Below, in pieces: positions 56,801 to 64,000 of a stretch of 64,000 nt of DNA. The position numbers were made by a program, and so were the translations under genes. The first letter of the stretch is position 1. Every line of letters begins with the position of its first letter. The notes below the pieces were generated by a model that had not been told where the DNA came from, searched no databases, and saw only the letters and a list, made by a program, of their open reading frames with translations. Source of the DNA: Macrostomum lignano. Lineage: Eukaryota. The stretch spans positions 62,001 through 126,000 of the forward strand of contig NIVC01001029.1 of assembly GCA_002269645.1 (NCBI GenBank). Reading direction: 5' to 3'.

Positions 56801-59800
56801 ATCTGGCGAGTTGAGTTGTTTGACGGAAAAAAATTCGATTAAGTCAAGTTTAGCGGAGACGATTTCAATGTTTAAATTCTGACGGAGAAGATTTCTGTTT
56901 CGTGGAGAGGATTTCGATGTGTTCAGTTTCACGAAAGGATTTCCATAGTGTTCAGTTTCACGGAGAGGATTTCGATCATGTTCAGCTTCACGGAGAGGCT
57001 TTCTGTTTCGCGGAGATAATTTATGATTGATTTCTGTTTTATGGAAACAATTTTGATGGATTTAAGTTTCAAGGAGAGGATTTCGAAGGAGTCCAGTTTC
57101 ACTGAGAGGATTTCGATGGTTTTTAGTTGCACAGACAGGATTTTTGCTTCGCGGAGAGGATCTTGATGGATTTGGCATCTTCAATCAGTCAGAGAAGAGA
57201 GTGTAAAGAGAAGCCTGAAAAGAGAAGAGAGAAGAGATGATAGAAAACAGAGTATAATTGAGTGGAGAGATTAGACATGACAGATTGGAGATGATAGGAG
57301 AGAGAATAGATGAGGGATAAGAGCGTACAGAGGCAATAGAAGAGAGGGGAGAGTAGAGGAGAAAGAAAGAGTGAGATGAGGAGATGAGGGATGAGAGAGC
57401 AGGGAGAGAGGAGACAGGAGAGAGTACAGACGAAAGACTAGGGAGAAGATATAAATAAGGTAGTAAAGATGAGAGGAGAGAGAGGAGAGAGAAGCGAAAG
57501 GAGAAGAGAGTGAGGAGAGAGGAGAGAGATGAAAGGAGCAAGGAAAGGAGAAAAGAGAGAATGGAGAGAATAGAAAAGAGAGAAGAGAAGAGACAGGGGA
57601 TAGTGAAAAGGAGGAAGAAAGATGGGAGACAAGAAAGTAGTGTCAGAGCGTATATGAAATATGAGAAATGAGAGCAGAGAGAAGAGAAAAGAGAAGAGAG
57701 AGAGAGAGGGTTAAGAGAGACGATAGATAAGTGAGTAGAGATGACATATGAGAGAGGAGAGAAGAGGGAGAGATAAGAGTGAAGAGAGGAGACAGAAGAC
57801 AGGAGAAGGTACAGACGAAAGACGAGGGAGAAGAGATAAATAAGGGAGCAGGGGTAGAGATGAGATGAGAGAGAGGAGAGAGGAGATATGAGAGACTTGA
57901 GAGTCTTTGAGCTATGGTCTTTGAAAGATTTTGTAAAGAATTTGGAGACGATTTGGAAGATAGGGTTAAAGACATGGAATTTCAGTTGATGGATATTTCA
58001 GGGAATAGAATTCCGGTGATGGGAGTTCTTCCCCTTTCTCCTCCGAAGGAGGAGTTCCACTCGTCTCTCTTAATACTAAAACTGGTGCGTTGTTTGTCTG
58101 TGTGTGTGTGTGTTTGTTGGATATCTCCTCCTAGAATACTTGCAAGTCAGCGTTGAAACTTATGTGGGAAAACTGCAAATTTTCCGAGGATGGCTTTAGG
58201 CTATTTTAATCTTTTATTTTTACATTTTAAGATCCCTAAAAAAGCAGAAAACGGCAATTCTGACCTTTGATAATCTTAATTGTCCTCTCTTTCCGCTCGG
58301 AGCTGAAAATTTGCATGAATTTTGAGTGATTACGCAACAACTTTTTCCTATCTCGGCAGTGTATTTTCTCTCCAGTGGGGGATGGGGCGTTCTCAGTGGC
58401 GGCGTGTGTACACTTGGACCCTGGCTCACTGGCTGACTGTATAGATAATTGCGCAATGATTTGGCTACTGATAAGTTTTCTTGCCTCTCAATGGGCAGCC
58501 CTGTGTATTTGTTGGACATTGAAATTCAATGCATCAGCTAGCAAGCAGGTAGTTAACGTACACTCGATACTTCAATGCTATAAATCAGACAGTTTCAAAC
58601 GCTAACTGCTCTTCGAGTTCTAAATGTTAAGAGAAGAGACTTATACTGCTGAATAGATCTTGCAACACTGAGTTCGAGGATATAAATTGTTTGCTTTAAA
58701 TAGAAAAACTAAAAGCACAGCATCAAAAAAACTATTTCCAGACTTTTAGCTTTCTGCAAAGATTGTACTCATTTTGGGGTTCAATGGGCGTTCGACCGAC
58801 CCCCCAACAGTTGGGGGTTCAATTTCTAACTGCCACTGCGTAGTGGAAGGGGTCGGGCGCTGTGTACTGGAGGGTTGATTTAGATTGCGCAAACTTTTTG
58901 TTAACTTGAACTGAGACTGATACTGACTGACTGTGAAATCGGTTGCGCCATCAATTTGTTTTATTATCTGTGCCTTTCAATAGGCTGCCCTGTGAAGTTT
59001 TGGACATTGAAATTCAATGCATAAACTTGCGAGCCTCTTTAGCAGGCAGTGAACGTACACTCGATATTTCAATGCTTTAAATCAGAAAGTTTCAAACGCA
59101 AACTGTTGCTCGAGTTTCTAACTTTGATAGGAGAAACTTATATTGCTGGAAAGATCTTGCAACGCTGAGTTCGGGGATATAATTTGTTATCTTTAAATAT
59201 GAAAAGAAAAAGCACAGCATTTAAAAAAACTATTTCCATGCTTTTAATTTTCTGCAAAAATTGTTCTCAGTTTTGCGAGACGTAATAGATAAAGTTGGGG
59301 GGAGGGTTCAACTTCTCACTGCTGCTGTGTATTGGAGGGTTGATTTAGATTGCGCAATGTTTTTGTTAACTTTAACTGAGACTGATACTGACTGACTGAG
59401 AAATCGGTTGCGCAATGAATTGATTCAATTAGTTCAATATTTTTATCAGTGCCTTTTAACACGAAGCTGTGCGTAGTTCTAACCCTAACCCTAACCCTAA
59501 CCCTAACCAATGAATCTGGAGAGTTGAGTTGTTTGACGGAAAAAATCGATTGAGTCCAGTTTAGCGGAGACGATTTCAATGTTTTAATTTTGACGGAGAG
59601 GATTTCTGTTTGGTGGAGAGGATTTCTATTTCTCGGAGGATTTGATGAATGTCAGTTTCACGGAGAGTTTGATGAGTTCTCTTTACGGAGAAGATTCGAT
59701 GATGTTCAGTTTCGCGGAGAGGATTGGATGATGGGATTCAGGGAATGGCATTTCAGGGAATGGTATTGTGATTGGAGTTCTTCCCCTTTCTTCCTCCGAA

Positions 59801-62800
59801 GGAGGAGTTGGCCTCGTATATACTAAAGTTGACGCGTTGTTTGTCTGTCTGTATGTCAGTTCGATAACTCCTCCTAGAATACTTGCAACTCAGCGTTGAA
59901 ACTTATATGGGAAAACTGCAAATTTTCCGAGGATGGCTTTAGGCTATTTTAATCTTTCATTTTCAATTTTTAAGATCCCTAAAAAAGCAGAAAACGGCGG
60001 TCTTGACCTTTGATAATCTTAATTGTCCCCTCTTTCTGCTCGGAGCTGAAAATTGGCATAAATTTTGAGTGATTACGCCACAACTTTTTCCTATGTCGCC
60101 AGTGCATTTTCTCTCCTGTGGGGGAATGGGCGCGTTCTCATTGGCGGCGTGTGTACAATTGGACCCTGGCTCACTGGCTGACTTTATAGATAATTGCGCA
60201 ATGATATGGCTACTGATAAGTTTTCCTGCCTATCAATGGGCAGTCCTGTGTATTTGTTGGACATTGAAATTCAATGCATCAACTTGCAAGCAGGCAGTGA
60301 ACGTACACTCGATACTTCAATGCTATAAATCAGACAGTTTCAAACGCTAACTGTTCCTCGAGTTTTAAACTTTGAGAGGAGAAACTTATATTGCTGGCAA
60401 GATCTTGCAACGCTGAGTTCGGGGATATAAGTTGTTTGCTTTAAACTATGAAAAGAAAAAGCACAGCATTTGAAAACTATTTCCATACTTTTAACTTTTT
60501 GCAAATATTGTACTCAGTTTTGCAAGACGTAATAGATAAAGTTGGGGGAGGGTTCAACTTCTCACTGCTGCTGTGGATTGGAGGGTTGATTTAGATTGCG
60601 CAATTTTTGTTAACTTTACCTGAGGCTGATACTGACTGACTGTGAAATCGGTTGCGCAATGAATTGATTCAATTAGTTCAATATTTTTATCTGTGCCTTT
60701 TAACACGAAGCTGTGCGTAGTTCTAACCCTAACCCTAACCCTAACCCTAATGAATCTGGCGAGTTGAGTTGTTTGACGGAAAAAATTCGATTAAGTCAAG
60801 TTTAGCGGAGACGATTTCAATGTTTAAATTCTGACGGAGAAGATTTCTGTTTCGTGGAGAGGATTTCGATGATGTTCAGTTTCACGAAAGGATTTCCATG
60901 GTGTTCAGTTTCACGGAGAGGATTTCGATCATGTTCAGCTTCACGGAGAGGCTTTCTGTTTCGCGGAGATAATTTATGATTGATTTCTGTTTTATGGAAA
61001 CAATTTTGATGGATTCAGGTTTCAAGGAGAGGATTTCGAAGGAGTCCAGTTTCACTGAGAGGATTTCGATGGTTTTTAGTTGCACAGACAGGATTTTTGC
61101 TTCGCGGAGAGGATCTTGATGGATTTGGCATCTTCAATCAGTCAGAGAAGAGAGTAAAGAGAAGACTGAAAAGAGAAGAGAGAAGAGATGATAGAAAACA
61201 GAGTATAATTGAGTGGAGAGATTAGACATGACAGATTGGAGATGATAGGAGAGAGAATAGATGAGGGATAAGAGCGTACAGAGGCAATAGAAGAGAGGGG
61301 AGAGTAGAGGAGAAAGAAAGAGTGAGATGAGGAGATGAGGGATGAGAGAGAGGGGGGAGAGAGGAGACAGGAGAGAGTACAGACGAAAGACTAGGGAGAA
61401 GATATAAATAAGGTAGTAAAGATGAGAGGAGAGAGAGGAGAGAGAAGCGAAAGGAGAAGAGAGTGAGGAGAGAGGAGAGAGATGAAAGGAGCAAGGAAAG
61501 GAGAAAAGAGAGAATGGAGAGAATAGAAAAGAGAGAAGAGAAGAGACAGGGGATAGTGAAAAGGAGGAAGAAAGATGGGAGACAAGAAAGTAGTGTCAGA
61601 GCGTATATGAAATATGAGAAATGAGAGCAGAGAGAAGAGAAAAGAGAGAGAGAGAGAGGGTTAAGAGAGACGATAGATAAGTGAGTAGAGATGACATATG
61701 AGAGAGGAGAGAAGAGGGAGAGATAAGAGTGAAGAGAGGAGACAGAAGACAGGAGAAGGTACAGACGAAAGACGAGGGAGAAGAGATAAATAAGGGAGCA
61801 GGGGTAGAGATGAGATGAGAGAGAGGGAGAGGAGATATGAGAGACTTGAGAGTCTTGAGCTATGGTCTTTGAAAGATTTTGTAAAGAATTTGGAGACGAT
61901 TTGGAAGATAGGGTTAAAGACAGAATTTCAGAATTTGATGGATATTTCAGGGAATAGAATTCCGGTGATGGGAGTTCTTCCCCTTTCTCCTCCGAAGGAG
62001 GAGTTCCACTCGTATATACTAAAGNNNNNNNNNNNNNNNNNNNNNNNNNNNNNNNNNNNNNNNNNNNNNNNNNNNNNNNNNNNNNNNNNNNNNNNNNNNN
62101 NNNNNNNNNNNNNNNNNNNNNNNNNNNNNNNNNNNNNNNNNNNNNNNNNNNNNNNNNNNNNNNNNNNNNNNNNNNNNNNNNNNNNNNNNNNNNNNNNNNN
62201 NNNNNNNNNNNNNNNNNNNNNNNNNNNNNNNNNNNNNNNNNNNNNNNNNNNNNNNNNNNNNNNNNNNNNNNNNNNNNNNNNNNNNNNNNNNNNNNNNNNN
62301 NNNNNNNNNNNNNNNNNNNNNNNNNNNNNNNNNNNNNNNNNNNNNNNNNNNNNNNNNNNNNNNNNNNNNNNNNNNNNNNNNNNNNNNNNNNNNNNNNNNN
62401 NNNNNNNNNNNNNNNNNNNNNNNNNNNNNNNNNNNNNNNNNNNNNNNNNNNNNNNNNNNNNNNNNNNNNNNNNNNNNNNNNNNNNNNNNNNNNNNNNNNN
62501 NNNNNNNNNNNNNNNNNNNNNNNNNNNNNNNNNNNNNNNNNNNNNNNNNNNNNNNNNNNNNAGATTGCGCAATATTTTTGTTAACTTTAAACTGAGACTG
62601 ATACTGACTGACTGAGAAATCGGTCTTGCGCAATCAATTGATTCAATTGCTTCACAATTTTTTATTGAACACGCAGCTGTGTTTAGGTCTAACCCTACCC
62701 TAACCCTAACCCTAACCCTAACCACTGAATCCTGAGAGTTGATTCTTTTTGACGGAGAAAATTTCGATTGAGTCCAGTTTTATAGAGAGAATTTCTGTTT

Positions 62801-63106
62801 CGCGGAGACGATTTTGATGGATGTCAGTTTCACGCAGAGGATTTCCATGGAGTCCAGTTTCACGGAAAGGATTTCTGTTTCGCGGAGAGGATTTCGAAAG
62901 GTGTCCAGTTTCACGGAGAAGATTTCTGTTTCGCGGAGAGGATTTCTGTTTCGCGGAGAGGTGTTTGATCGAGTTCTCTTTTACGGAGAGGATTTCAATT
63001 CAGTTTCGCGGAGAGGATGATAGGATTCAGCTGATACATTTCAGGGAATGGAGTTCCGGTGATGGGAATTCTTTCCCTTTCTCCTCCATCGGAGGAGTTG
63101 GCCTCG
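50880..63106 (+). mobile_element. Head-to-tail array of six non-autonomous Helitron-like units (alternating long/short)
   Basis: The first unit starts A|TC(TATC)TTAATACTAAAA. Every unit ends with the hairpin CTCCTCC-N3-GGAGGAG, then 5 nt, then CTCG (ends at 53586, 55358, 58063, 59816, 62012, 63106). Each end is immediately followed by the next (T/TC)..ATACTAAA start. No Rep/helicase ORF. Confidence 0.75.
62025..62561. other. Assembly gap
   Basis: Run of N. Confidence 1.
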
Positions 63107-63560
63107 TCCAATATACTAAAAATGAGTTGTCTGTCCATCCATCCATCCATCCATTCCAATATACTAAAAATGAGTTGTCTGTGGGTATGCGATAGATTTC
63201 AGAAAAAACGGCTCAACCGATTTTCTTCAAACTTGCACCATTCGATCAGAAATTTTCCTGGGACGGTACATGCATCTTGGCTAAGAAATTGCTCAATGAT
63301 AAAGGGATTAAATATTCGAAAAACATGCTTTTTTGCAAAGGTCAAGCAGCTCTTTCGACCTGGAATGCATTGTAAGAATGCTGGAGAAAAAACTGACTGG
63401 CTGAATTCCGATTGTGATAAAGATTGCATCACAACAAGTTGAAAACAGTGTCGAAGAAATGCACACACGACTTGATTAAAATTGCGTAACCATATTGCTA
63501 ACTTAAATTGAGACTGATACTGGCTGACTGAGAAATTGATTATGTCATAACTTTTTACTT
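63107..63560 (+). mobile_element. 5' part of a related Helitron-like non-autonomous element with a duplicated 5' end
   Basis: TCCAATATACTAAAAATGAGTTGTCTGT occurs twice (63107, ~63165), followed by (CCAT)n and AAACGGCTCAACCGATTTT..AAACTTG. It shares the TGAGACTGATACTG..CTGACTGAGAAAT motif with the array units. Confidence 0.55.
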
Positions 63561-63623
63561 CAATTGACTTGCTGTAAGAATTGAGTTATAAGGGCCACAA
63601 TTCATGTTCTCCAATTGAAAAGA

Positions 63624-63704
63624 GATAGCCAAGATGCGAACAGACTGGAATGCTAATGTAGCGACCTGGGTTCGAATCTTAGTAGTGCAAAAAGATTTTT
63701 TTTT
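63624..63704 (+). other. Possible degenerate tRNA-derived element
   Basis: A-box-like TAGCCAAGATG, B box GGTTCGAATC at 63669-63678, followed by an oligo-T run. No cloverleaf. Confidence 0.3.
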
Positions 63705-63755
63705 ATTAAAACACCTTAAAAACACAACAAAACTGCTAAACATCAAAGAAGCGCA

Positions 63756-64000
63756 ATGTCAAACATAGAAGAGCCACTATGTCGAACATTAAAGAGCCAA
63801 CATTTTGAATATAAAAAGAGTTACCATGTCAAACATAAAAGAGCCACCATGCCAAACATAAAATAAGCACTATGTCAAACATATACGTGACTCCATGTCA
63901 AAGATTAAAAAGCCACCATGTCAAACATAGAAGAGCCACCATATCAAACCTAAACGAGCCACCACGTCTAACATTTAAGAGCCACCATGTCAAAACATTT
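63756..64000. repeat. Degenerate 23-bp minisatellite ATGTCAAACATAGAAGAGCCACC
   Basis: About 10 diverged copies, running off the right edge. Confidence 0.85.

Overview
Eukaryotic (animal, probably invertebrate) genomic DNA, not prokaryotic. GC-rich exons are separated by AT-rich or tandem-repeat-filled introns. This style resembles flatworm assemblies such as Macrostomum, which is an inference only. Genes reconstructed by hand from splice signals: (1) exons of a hormone-receptor-domain GPCR (- strand, continues off the left edge); (2) a complete 6-exon prosaposin-like gene (1 SapA + 5 SapB, 590 aa, -); (3) a complete 7-exon OSBPL2/ORP2-like gene (470 aa, -); (4) a single-exon FHA+PHD TCF19-like gene (-); (5) a divergent CCSAP-like gene (+, frameshifted); (6) an SLC35C1-like GDP-fucose transporter (-, frameshifted, with a diverged substrate motif). 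Mobile DNA includes a 5'-truncated RT-RNaseH LINE with an 11-bp TSD, tRNA-derived SINE fragments and MITE-like inverted repeats. The main non-genic structure is a >13 kb head-to-tail array (50880-64000) of non-autonomous Helitron-like units, each ending in a conserved hairpin + CTCG, alternating long/short and carrying telomeric hexamers. About 20 unrelated mini/microsatellites are present. Most of the long introns carry their own array, and one 1.7 kb intron is essentially a polymer of the branch-point consensus. Two N-gaps lie at 45897-46427 and 62025-62561. Most long ORFs in the supplied track are repeat artefacts.
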